Of a stretch of DNA of 64,000 nt, positions 41,701 through 53,949 are shown piece after piece; position 1 is the stretch's first letter; each line of letters opens with the position of its first letter. The notes beneath the pieces were generated by a model. The model was given only the letters and a program-made list of their open reading frames with translations. It was not told the DNA's origin and ran no database searches. Source of the DNA: Auanema rhodensis. Lineage: Eukaryota > Animalia > Nematoda. Both the position numbers and the translations under genes were made by a program. The stretch covers positions 20,832,001 to 20,896,000 of the forward strand of contig OZ059898.1 of NCBI GenBank assembly GCA_964057225.1, in the 5' to 3' direction.

Positions 41701-44490
41701 CGCTTCACGTGAAAGATAAAGAGATGCGGTTTTCAAAATTAGATTCCCCATGTTCATGTTAGTCTAAAAACAAATTTTTATTGATATTGGTTCATGGTAA
41801 CCATGACTTTGAAATTTACGTGAACTTTAATTTATGCTAATTAAATGTACACGTGATGTGCACTTGGTATGTAACTCGCTTCACGTGAAAGATAAAGAGA
41901 TGCGGTTTTCAAAATTAGATTCCCCATGTCCATATTAGTCTAAAAACAAATTTTTATTGATATTGGTTCATGGTAACCATGACTTTGAAATTTACGTGAA
42001 CTTTAATTTATGCTAATTATTTGTACACGTGATGTGCACTTGGTGTGTAACTCGCTTCACGTGAAAGATAAAGAGATGCGGTTTTCAAAGTTAGATTCCC
42101 CATGTCCATATTAGTCTAAAAACAAATTTTTATTGATATTGGTTCATGGTAACCATGACTTTGAAATTTACGTGAATTTTAATTTATGCTAATTAAATGT
42201 ACACGTGATGTGCACTTGGTATGTAACTCGCTTCACGTGAAAGATAAAGAGATGCGGTTTTCAAAATTAGATTCCCCATGTCCATATTAGTCTAAAAACA
42301 AATTTTTATTGATATTGGTGCATGGTAACCATGACTTTGAAATTTACGTGAACTTTAATTTATGCTAATTAAATGTACACGTGATGTGCACTTGGTATGT
42401 AACTCGCTTCACGTAAAAGATAAAGAGATGCGGTTTTCAAAATTAGATTTCCCATGTCCATATTAGTCTAAAAACAAATTTTTATTGATATTGGTTCATG
42501 GTAACCATGACTTTGAAATTTACGTGAACTTTAATTTATGCTAATAAAATGTACACGTGATGTGCACTTGGTATGTAACTCGCTTCACGTGAAAGATAAA
42601 GAGATGCGGTTTCCAAAATTAGATTTCCCATGTCCATATTAGTCTAAAAACAAATTTTTATTGATATTGGTTCATGGTAACCATGACTTTGAAATTTACG
42701 TGAACTTTAATTTATGCTAATTAAATGTACACGTGATGTGCACTTGGTATGTAACTCGCTTCACGTGAAAGATAAAGAGATGCGGTTTTCAAAATTAGAT
42801 TCCCCATGTCCATATTAGTCTAATTACAAATTTTTATTGATATTGGTTCATGGTAACCATGACTTTGAAATTTACGTGAACTTTAATTTATGCTAATTAA
42901 ATGTACACGTGATGTGCACTTGGTATGTAACTCGCTTCACGTGAAAGATAAAGAGATGCGGTTTTCAAAATTAGATTCCCCATGTCCATATTAGTCTAAA
43001 AACAAATTTTTATTGATATTGGTTCATGGTCACCATGACTTTGAAATTTACGTGAACTTTAATTTATGCTAATTAAATGTACACGTGATGTGCACTTGGT
43101 ATGTAACTCGCTTCACGTGAAAGATAAAGAGATGCGGTTTTCAAAATTAGATTCCCCATGTCCATATTAGTCTAAAAACAAATTTTTATTGATATTGGTT
43201 CATGGTAACCATGACTTTGAAATTTACGTGAACTTTAATTTATGCTAATTAAATGTACACGTGATGTGCACTTGGTATGTAACTCGCTTCACGTAAAAGA
43301 TAAAGAGATGCGGTTTTCAAAATTAGATTTCCCATGTCCATATTAGTCTAAAAACAAATTTTTATTGATATTGGTTCATGGTAACCATGACTTTGAAATT
43401 TACGTGAACTTTAATTTATGCTAATTAAATGTACACGTGATGTGAACTTGGTATGTAACTCGCTTCACGTGAAAGATAAAGAGATGCGGTTTTCAAAATT
43501 AGATTTCCCATGTCCATATTAGTCTAAAAACAAATTTTTATTGATATTGGTTCATGATAACCATGACTTTGAAATTTACGTGAACTTTAATTTATGCTAA
43601 TTAAATGTACACGTGATGTGCACTTGGTATGTAACTCGCTTTACGTGAAAGATAAAGAGATGCGGTTTTCAAAATTAGATTCCCCATGTCCATATTAGTC
43701 TAAAAACAAATTTTTATTGATATTGGTGCATGGTAACCATGACTTTGAAATTTACGTGAACTTTAATTCATGCTAATTAAATGTACACGTGATGTGCACT
43801 TGGTATGTAACTCGCTTCACGTGAAAGATAAAGAGATGCGGTTTTCAAAATTAGATTCCCCATGTCCATATTAGTCTAAAAACAAATTTTTATTGATATT
43901 GGTTCATGGTAACCATGACTTTGAAATTTACGTGAACTTTAATTTATGCTAATTAAATGTACACGTGATGTGCACTTGGTATGTAACTCGCTTCACGTGA
44001 AAAATAAAGAGATGCGGTTTTCAAAATTAGATTCCCCATGTCCATATTAGTCTAAAAACAAATTTTTATTGATATTGGTTCATGGTAACCATGACTTTGA
44101 AATTTACGTGAATTTTAATTTATGCTAATTAAATGTACACGTGATGTGCACTTGGTATGTAACTCGCTTCACGTGAAAGATAAAGAGATGCGGTTTTCAA
44201 AATTAGATTCCCCATGTCCATATTAGTCTAAAAACAAATTTTTATTGATATTGGTTCATGGTAACCATGACTTTGAAATTTACGTGAACTTTAATTTATG
44301 CTAATTATATGTACACGTGATGTGCACTTGGTATGTAACTCGCTTCACGTGAAAGATAAAGAGATGCGGTTTTCAAAATTAGATTCCCCATGTCCATATT
44401 AGTCTACAAACAAATTTTCATTGATATTGGTTCATGGTAACCATGACTTTGAAATTTACGTGAACTTTAATTTATGCTAATTAAATGTAC
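35729..44490 (+). repeat. Three-copy higher-order repeat with a 14-monomer (2464 bp) then 19-monomer (3344 bp) period
   Basis: Rare ATTATTTGT...GGTGTGT...AAAGTTAG marker at about 36212, 38676 and 42020; GTGAACTTGG at about 37637, 40101 and 43445; GAAAAATA at about 40659/44003. Confidence 0.92.
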
Positions 44491-47400
44491 ACGTCATGTG
44501 CACTTGGTATGTAACTCGCTTCACGTGAAAGATAAAGAGATGCGGTTTTCAAAAGTAGATTCCCCATGTCCATATTACTCTAAAAACAAATGTTTATTGA
44601 TATTGGTGCATGGTAACCATGACTTTGAAATTTACGTGAACTTTAATTTATGCTAATTAAATGTACACGTGATGTGCACTTGGTATGTAACTCGCTTCAC
44701 GTGAATGATAAAGAGATGCGGTTTTCAGAATTAGATTCCCCATGTCCATATTAGTCTAAAAACAAATTTTTATTGATATTGGTTCATGGTAACCATGACT
44801 TTGAAATTTACGTGAACTTTAATTTATGCTAATTAAATGTACACGTGATGTGAACTTGGTATGTAACTCGCTTCACGTGAAAGATAAAGAGATGCGGTTT
44901 TCAAAATTAGATTCCCCATGTCCATATTAGTCTAAAAACAAATTTTTATTGATATTGGTTCATGGTAACCATGACTTTGAAATTTACGTGAACTTTAATT
45001 TATGCTAATTAAATGTACACGTGATGTGCACTTGGTATGTAACTCGCTTCACGTGAAAGATAAAGAGATGCGGTTCTCAAAATTAGATTCCCCATGTCCA
45101 TATTAGTCTAAAAACAAATTTTTATTGATATTGGTTCATGGTCACCATGACTTTGAAATTTACGTGAACTTTAATTTATGCTAATTAAATGTACACGTGA
45201 TGTGCATTTGGTATGTAACTCGCTTCACGTGAAAGATAAAGAGATGCGGTTTTCAAAATTAGATTCCCCATGTTCATGTTAGTCTAAAAACAAATTTTTA
45301 TTGATATTGGTTCATGGTAACCATGACTTTGAAATTTACGTGAACTTTAATTTATGCTAATTAAATGTACACGTGATGTGCACTTGGTATGTAACTCGCT
45401 TCACGTGAAAGATAAAGAGATGCGGTTTTCAAAATTAGATTCCCCATGTCCATATTAGTCTAAAAACAAATTTTTATTGATATTGGTGCATGGTAACCAT
45501 GACTTTGAAATTTACGTGAACTTTAATTCATGCTAATTAAATGTACACGTGATGTGCACTTGGTATGTAACTCGCTTCACGTGAAAGATAAAGAGATGCG
45601 GTTTTCAAAATTAGATTCCCCATGTCCATATTAGTCTAAAAACAAATTTTTATTGATATTGGTTCATGGTAACCATGACTTTGAAATTTACGTGAACTTT
45701 AATTTATGCTAATTAAATGTACACGTGATGTGCACTTGGTATGTAACTCGCTTCACGTGAAAAATAAAGAGATGCGGTTTTCAAAATTAGATTCCCCATG
45801 TCCATATTAGTCTAAAAACAAATTTTTATTGATATTGGTTCATGGTAACCATGACTTTGAAATTTACGTGAATTTTAATTTATGCTAATTAAATGTACAC
45901 GTGATGTGCACTTGGTATGTAACTCGCTTCACGTGAAAGATAAAGAGATGCGGTTTTCAAAATTAGATTCCCCATGTCCATATTAGTCTAAAAACAAATT
46001 TTTATTGATATTGGTTCATGGTAACCATGACTTTGAAATTTACGTGAACTTTAATTTATGCTAATTATATGTACACGTGATGTGCACTTGGTATGTAACT
46101 CGCTTCACGTGAAAGATAAAGAGATGCGGTTTTCAAAATTAGATTCCCCATGTCCATATTAGTCTACAAACAAATTTTTATTGATATTGGTTCATGGTAA
46201 CCATGACTTTGAAATTTACGTGAATTTTAATTTATGCTAATTAAATGTACACGTGATGTGCACTTGGTATGTAACTCGCTTCACGTGAAAGATAAAGAGA
46301 TGCGGTTTTCAAAATTAGATTCCCCATGTCCATATTAGTCTAAAAACAAATTTTTATTGATATTGGTTCATGGTAACCATGACTTTGAAATTTACGTGAA
46401 CTTTAATTTATGCTAATTATATGTACACGTGATGTGCACTTGGTATGTAACTCGCTTCACGTGAAAGATAAAGAGATGCGGTTTTCAAAATTAGATTCCC
46501 CATGTCCATATTAGTCTACAAACAAATTTTCATTGATATTGGTTCATGGTAACCATGACTTTGAAATTTACGTGAACTTTAATTTATGCTAATTAAATGT
46601 ACACGTCATGTGCACTTGGTATGTAACTCGCTTCACGTGAAAGATAAAGAGATGCGGTTTTCAAAAGTAGATTCCCCATGTCCATATTACTCTAAAAACA
46701 AATGTTTATTGATATTGGTGCATGGTAACCATGACTTTGAAATTTACGTGAACTTTAATTTATGCTAATTAAATGTACACGTGATGTGCACTTGGTATGT
46801 AACTCGCTTCACGTGAATGATAAAGAGATGCGGTTTTCAGAATTAGATTCCCCATGTCCATATTAGTCTAAAAACAAATTTTTATTGATATTGGTTCATG
46901 GTAACCATGACTTTGAAATTTACGTGAACTTTAATTTATGCTAATTAAATGTACACGTGATGTGAACTTGGTATGTAACTCGCTTCACGTGAAAGATAAA
47001 GAGATGCGGTTTTCAAAGTTAGATTCCCCATGTCCATATTAGTCTAAAAACAAATTTTTATTGATATTGGTTCATGGTAACCATGACTTTGAAATTTACG
47101 TGAATTTTAATTTATGCTAATTAAATGTACACGTGATGTGCACTTGGTATGTAACTCGCTTCACGTGAAAGATAAAGAGATGCGGTTTTCAAAATTAGAT
47201 TCCCCATGTCCATATTAGTCTAAAAACAAATTTTTATTGATATTGGTTCATGGTAACCATGACTTTGAAATTTACGTGAACTTTAATTTATGCTAATTAA
47301 ATGTACACGTGATGTGCACTTGGTATGTAACTCGCTTCACGTGAAAGATAAAGAGATGCGGTTTTCAAAATTAGATTCCTCATGTCCATATTAGTCTAAA

Positions 47401-50278
47401 AACAAATTTTTATTGATATTGGTTCATTGTAACCATGACTTTGAAATTTACGTGAACTTTAATTTATGCTAATTAAATGTACACGTGATGTGCACTTGGT
47501 ATGTAACTCGCTTCACGTGAAAGATAAAGAGATGCGGTTTTCAAAATTAGATTCCCCATGTCCGTATTAGTCTAAAAACAAATTTTTATTGATATTGGTT
47601 CATGGTAACCATGACTTTGAAATTTACGTGAACTTTAATTTATGCTAATTAAATGTACACGTGATGTGCACTTGGTATGTAACTCGCTTCACGTGAAAGA
47701 TAAAGAGATGCGGTTTTCAAAATTAGATTCCCCATGTACATGTTAGTCTAAAAACAAATTTTTATTGATATTGGTTCATGGTAACCATGACTTTGAAATT
47801 TACGTGAACTTTAATTTATGCTAATTAAATGTGCACGTGATGTGCACTTGGTATGTAACTCGCTTCACGTGAAAGAAAAAGAGATGCGGTTTTCAAAATT
47901 AGATTCCCCATGTCCATATTAGTCTAAAAACAAATGTTTATTGATATTGGTGCATGGTAACCATGACTTTGAAACTTACGTGAACTTTAATTTATGCTAA
48001 TTATATGTACACGTGATGTGCACTTGGTATGTAACTCGCTTCACGTGAAAGATAAAGAGATGCGGTTTTCAAAATTAGATTCCCCATGTCCATATTAGTC
48101 TAAAAACAAATTTTTATTGATATTGGTTCATGGTACCCATGACTTTGAAATTTACGTGAACTTTAATTTATGCTAATTAAATGTACACGTGATGTGCACT
48201 TGGTATGTAACTCGCTTCACGTGAAAGATAAAGAGATGCGGTTTTCAAAATTAGATTTCCCATGTCCATATTAGTCTAAAAACAAATTTTTATTGATATT
48301 GGTTCATGGTAACCATGACTTTGAAATTTACGTGAACTTTAATTTATGCTAATTAAATGTACACGTGATGTGCACTTGGTATGTAACTCGCTTCACGTGA
48401 AAGATAAAGAGATGCGGTTTTCAAAATTAGATTCCCCATGTCCATATTAGTCTAAAAACAAATTTTTATTGATATTGGTTCATGGTAACCATGACTTTGA
48501 AATTTACGTGAACTTTAATTTATGCTAATTATATGTACACGTGATGTGCACTTGGTATGTAACTCGCTTCACGTGAAAGATAAAGAGATGCGGTTTTCAA
48601 AATTAGATTTCCCATGTCCATATTAGTCTAAAAACAAATTTTTATTGATATTGGTTCATGGTAACCATGACTTTGAAATTTACGTGAACTTTAATTTATG
48701 CTAATTAAATGTACACGTGATGTGCACTTGGTATGTAACTCGCTTCACGTGAAAGATAAAGAGATGCGGTTTTCAAAATTAGATTTCCCATGTCCATATT
48801 AGTCTAAAAACAAATTTTTATTGATATTGGTTCATGGTAACCATGACTTTGAAATTTACGTGAACTTTAATTTATGCTAATTAAATGTACACGTGATGTG
48901 CACTTGGTATGTAACTCGCTTCACGTGAAAGATAAAGAGATGCGGTTTTCAAAATTAGATTCCCCATGTCCATATTAGTCTAAAAACAAATTTTTATTGA
49001 TATTGGTTCATGGTAACCATGACTTTGAAATTTACGTGAATTTTAATTTATGCTAATTAAATGTACACGTGATGTGCACTTGGTATGTAACTCGCTTCAC
49101 GTGAAAGATAAAGAGATGCGGTTTTCAAAATTAGATTCCCCATGTCCATATTAGTCTACAAACAAATTTTCATTGATATTGGTTCATGGTAACCATGACT
49201 TTGAAATTTACGTGAATTTTAATTTATGCTAATTAAATGTACACGTCATGTGCACTTGGTATGTAACTCGCTTCACGTGAAAGATAAAGAGATGCGGTTT
49301 TCAAAAGTAGATTCCCCATGTCCATATTAGTCTAAAAACAAATGTTTATTGATATTGGTGCATGGTAACCATGACTTTGAAATTTACGTGAACTTTAATT
49401 TATGCTAATTAAATGTACACGTGATGTGCACTTGGTATGTAACTCGCTTCACGTGAAAGATAAAGAGATGCGGTTTTCAAAATTAGATTCCCCATGTCCA
49501 TATTAGTCTAAAAACAAATTTTTATTGATATTGGTTCATGGTAACCATGACTTTGAAATTTACGTGAATTTTAATTTATGCTAATTAAATGTACACGTGA
49601 TGTGCACTTGGTATGTAACTCGCTTCACGTGAAAGATAAAGAGATGCGGTTTTCAAAATTAGATTCCCCATGTCCATATTAGTCTACAAACAAATTTTCA
49701 TTGATATTGGTTCATGGTAACCATGACTTTGAAATTTACGTGAACTTTAATTTATGCTAATTAAATGTACACGTCATGTGCACTTGGTATGTAACTCGCT
49801 TCACGTGAAAGATAAAGAGATGCGGTTTTCAAAAGTAGATTCCTCATGTCCATATTAGTCTAAAAACAAATGTTTATTGATATTGGTGCATGGTAACCAT
49901 GACTTTGAAATTTACGTGAACTTTAATTTATGCTAATTAAATGTACACGTGATGTGCACTTGGTATGTAACTCGCTTCACGTGAATGATAAAGAGATGCG
50001 GTTTTCAAAATTAGATTCCCCATGTCCATATTAGTCTAAAAACAAATTTTTATTGATATTGGTTCATGGTAACCATGACTTTGAAATTTACGTGAACTTT
50101 AATTTATGCTAATTAAATGTACACGTGATGTGCACTTGGTATGTAACTCGCTTCACGTGAAAGATAAAGAGATTCGGTTTTCAAAATTAGATTCCCCATG
50201 TCCATATTAGTCTAAAAACAAATTTTTATTGATATTGGTTCATGGTACCCATGACTTTGAAATTTACGTGAACTTTAA

Positions 50279-50280
50279 TT
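50279..50280 (+). other. Only indel seen in the array: 1-bp T deletion (175-bp monomer)
   Basis: AACTTTAATTATGC instead of AACTTTAATTTATGC. All downstream phase checkpoints (52801, 55441, 58081, 60721, 63361) are shifted by -1. Confidence 0.95.
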
Positions 50281-53200
50281 ATGCTAATTAAATGTACAGG
50301 TAATGTGCACTTGGTATGTAACTCGCTTCACGTGAAAGATAAAGAGATGCGGTTTTCAAAATTAGATACCCCATGTCCATATTAGTCTAAAAACAAATTT
50401 TTATTGATATTGGTGCTTGGTAACCATGACTTTGAAATTTACGTGAACTTTAATTTATGCTAATTAAATGTACACGTGATGTGCACTTGGTATGTAACTC
50501 GCTTCACGTAAAAGATAAAGAGATGCGGTTTTCAAAATTAGATTCCCCATGTCCATATTAGTCTAAAAACAAATTTTTATTGATATTGGTTCATGGTAAC
50601 CATGACTTTGAAATTTACGTGAACTTTAATTTATGCTAATTAAATGTACACGTGATGTGCACTTGGTATGTAACTCGTTTCACGTGAAAGATAAAGAGAT
50701 GCGGTTTTCAAAATTAGATTCCCCATGTCCATATTAGTCTAAAAACAAATTTTTATTGATATTGGTTCATGGTAACCATGACTTTGAAATTTACGTGAAC
50801 TTTAATTTATGCTAATTAAATGTACACGTGATGTGCACTTGGTATGTAACTCGCTTCACGTGAAAGATAAAGAGATGCGGTTTTCAAAATTAGATTCCCC
50901 ATGTCCATATTAGTCTAAAAACAAATTTTTATTGATATTGGTGCTTGGTAACCATGACTTTGAAATTTACGTGAACTTTAATTTATGCTAATTAAATGTA
51001 CACGTGATGTGCACTTGGTATGTAACTCGCTTCACGTAAAAGATAAAGAGATGCGGTTTTCAAAATTAGATTTCCCATGTCCATATTAGTCTAAAAACAA
51101 ATTTTTATTGATATTGGTTCATGATAACCATGACTTTGAAATTTACGTGAACTTTAATTTATGCTAATTAAATGTACACGTGATGTGCACTTGGTATGTA
51201 ACTCGCTTCACGTGAAAGATAAAGAGATGCGGTTTTCAAAATTAGATTCCCCATGTCCATATTAGTCTAAAAACAAATTTTGATTGATATTGGTGCATGG
51301 TAACCATGACTTTGAAATTTACGTGAACTTTAATTTATGCTAATTAAATGTACACGTGATGTGCACTTGGTATGTAACTCGCTTCACGTAAAAGATAAAG
51401 AGATGCGGTTTTCAAAATTAGATTTTCCATGTCCATATTAGTCTAAAAACAAATTTTTATTGATATTGGTTCATGGTAACCATGACTTTGAAATTTACGT
51501 GAACTTTAATTTATGCTAATTAAATGTACACGTGATGTGCACTTGGTATGTAACTCGCTTCACGTGAAAGATAAAGAGATGCGGTTTTCAAAATTAGATT
51601 CCCCATGTCCATATTAGTCTAAAAACAAATTTTTATTGATATTGGTGCTTGGTAACCATGACTTTGAAATTTACGTGAACTTTAATTTATGCTAATTAAA
51701 TGTACACGTGATGTGCACTTGGTATGTAACTCGCTTCACGTAAAAGATAAAGAGATGCGGTTTTCAAAATTAGATTCCCCATGTCCATATTAGTATAAAA
51801 ACAAATTTTTATTGATATTGGTTCATGGTAACCATGACTTTGAAATTTACGTGAACTTTAATTTATGCTAATTAAATGTACACGTGATGTGCACTTGGTA
51901 TGTAACTCGCTTCACGTAAAAGATAAAGAGATGCGGTTTTCAAAATTAGATTTTCCATGTCCATATTAGTCTAAAAACAAATTTTTATTGATATTGGTTC
52001 ATGGTAACCATGACTTTGAAATTTACGTGAACTTTAATTTATGCTAATTAAATGTACACGTGATGTGCACTTGGTATGTAACTCGCTTCACGTGAAAGAT
52101 AAAGAGATGCGGTTTTCAAAATTAGATTCCCCATGTCCATATTAGTCTAAAAACAAATTTTTATTGATATTGGTGCTTGGTAACCATGACTTTGAAATTT
52201 ACGTGAATTTTAATTTATGCTAATTAAATGTACACGTGATGTGCACTTGGTATGTAACTCGCTTCACGTAAAAGATAAAGAGATGCGGTTTTCAAAATTA
52301 GATTCCCCATGTCCATATTAGTATAAAAACAAATTTTTATTGATATTGGTTCATGGTAACCATGACTTTGAAATTTACGTGAACTTTAATTTATGCTAAT
52401 TAAATGTACACGTGATGTGCACTTGGTATGTAACTCGTTTCACGTGAAAGATAAAGAGATGCGGTTTTCAAAATTAGATTCCCCATGTCCATATTAGTCT
52501 AAAAACAAATTTTCATTGATATTGGTTCATGGTAACCATGACTTTGAAATTTACGTGAACTTTAATTTATGCTAATTAAATGTACACGTGATGTGCACTT
52601 GGTATGTAACTCGCTTCACGTGAAAGATAAAGAGATGCGGTTTTCAAAATTAGATTCCCCATGTCCATATTAGTCTAAAAACAAATTTTTATTGATATTG
52701 GTGCTTGGTAACCATGACTTTGAAATTTACGTGAACTTTAATTTATGCTAATTAAATGTACACGTGATGTGCACTTGGTATGTAACTCGCTTCACGTGAA
52801 AGATAAAGAGATGCGGTTTTCAAAATTAGATTCCCCATGTCCATATTAGTCTAAAAACAAATTTTTATTGATATTGGTTCATGGTAACCATGACTTTGAA
52901 ATTTACGTGAACTTTAATTTATGCTAATTATATGTACACGTGATGTGCACTTGGTATGTAACTCGCTTCACGTGAAAGATAAAGAGATGCGGTTTTCAAA
53001 ATTAGATTTCCCATGTCCATATTAGTCTAAAAACAAATTTTTATTGATATTGGTTCATGGTAACCATGACTTTGAAATTTACGTGAACTTTAATTTATGC
53101 TAATTAAATGTACACGTCATGTGCACTTGGTATGTAACTCGCTTCACGTGAAAGATAAAGAGATGCGGTTTTCAAAAGTAGATTCCCCATGTCCATATTA

Positions 53201-53949
53201 GTCTAAAAACAAATGTTTATTGATATTGGTGCATGGTAACCATGACTTTGAAATTTACGTGAACTTTAATTTATGCTAATTAAATGTACACGTGATGTGC
53301 ACTTGGTATGTAACTCGCTTCACGTGAAAGATAAAGAGATGCGGTTTTCAAAATTAGATTCCCCATGTACATGTTAGTCTAAAAACAAATTTTTATTGAT
53401 ATTGGTTCATGGTAACCATGACTTTGAAATTTACGTGAACTTTAATTTATGCTAATTAAATGTGCACGTGATGTGCACTTGGTATGTAACTCGCTTCACG
53501 TGAAAGAAAAAGAGATGCGGTTTTCAAAATTAGATTCCCCATGTCCATATTAGTCTAAAAACAAATGTTTATTGATATTGGTGCATGGTAACCATGACTT
53601 TGAAACTTACGTGAACTTTAATTTATGCTAATTAAATGTACACGTGATGTGCACTTGGTATGTAACTCGCTTCACGTGAATGATAAAGAGATGCAGTTTT
53701 CAAAATTAGATTCCCCATGTCCATATTAGTCTAAAAACAAATTTTTATTGATATTGGTTCATGGTAACCATGACTTTGAAATTTACGTGAACTTTAATTT
53801 ATGCTAATTATATGTACACGTGATGTGCACTTGGTATGTAACTCGCTTCACGTGAAAGATAAAGAGATGCGGTTTTCAAAATTAGATTCCCCATGTCCAT
53901 ATTAGTCTAAAAACAAATTTTTATTGATATTGGTTCATGGTACCCATGA

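Noticed and set aside
44474-46768. 60-aa ORFs at 44474-44656 and 46586-46768 as genes
   Set aside because: Each is one satellite monomer with TAG>TAC. There is no gene context or recognisable domain, and they are duplicated passively with a 12-monomer block.
50297-50304. CAG|GTAATG splice-donor-like motif created by a variant (also at about 63849)
   Set aside because: Short motif with no exon or transcript context; most likely chance.
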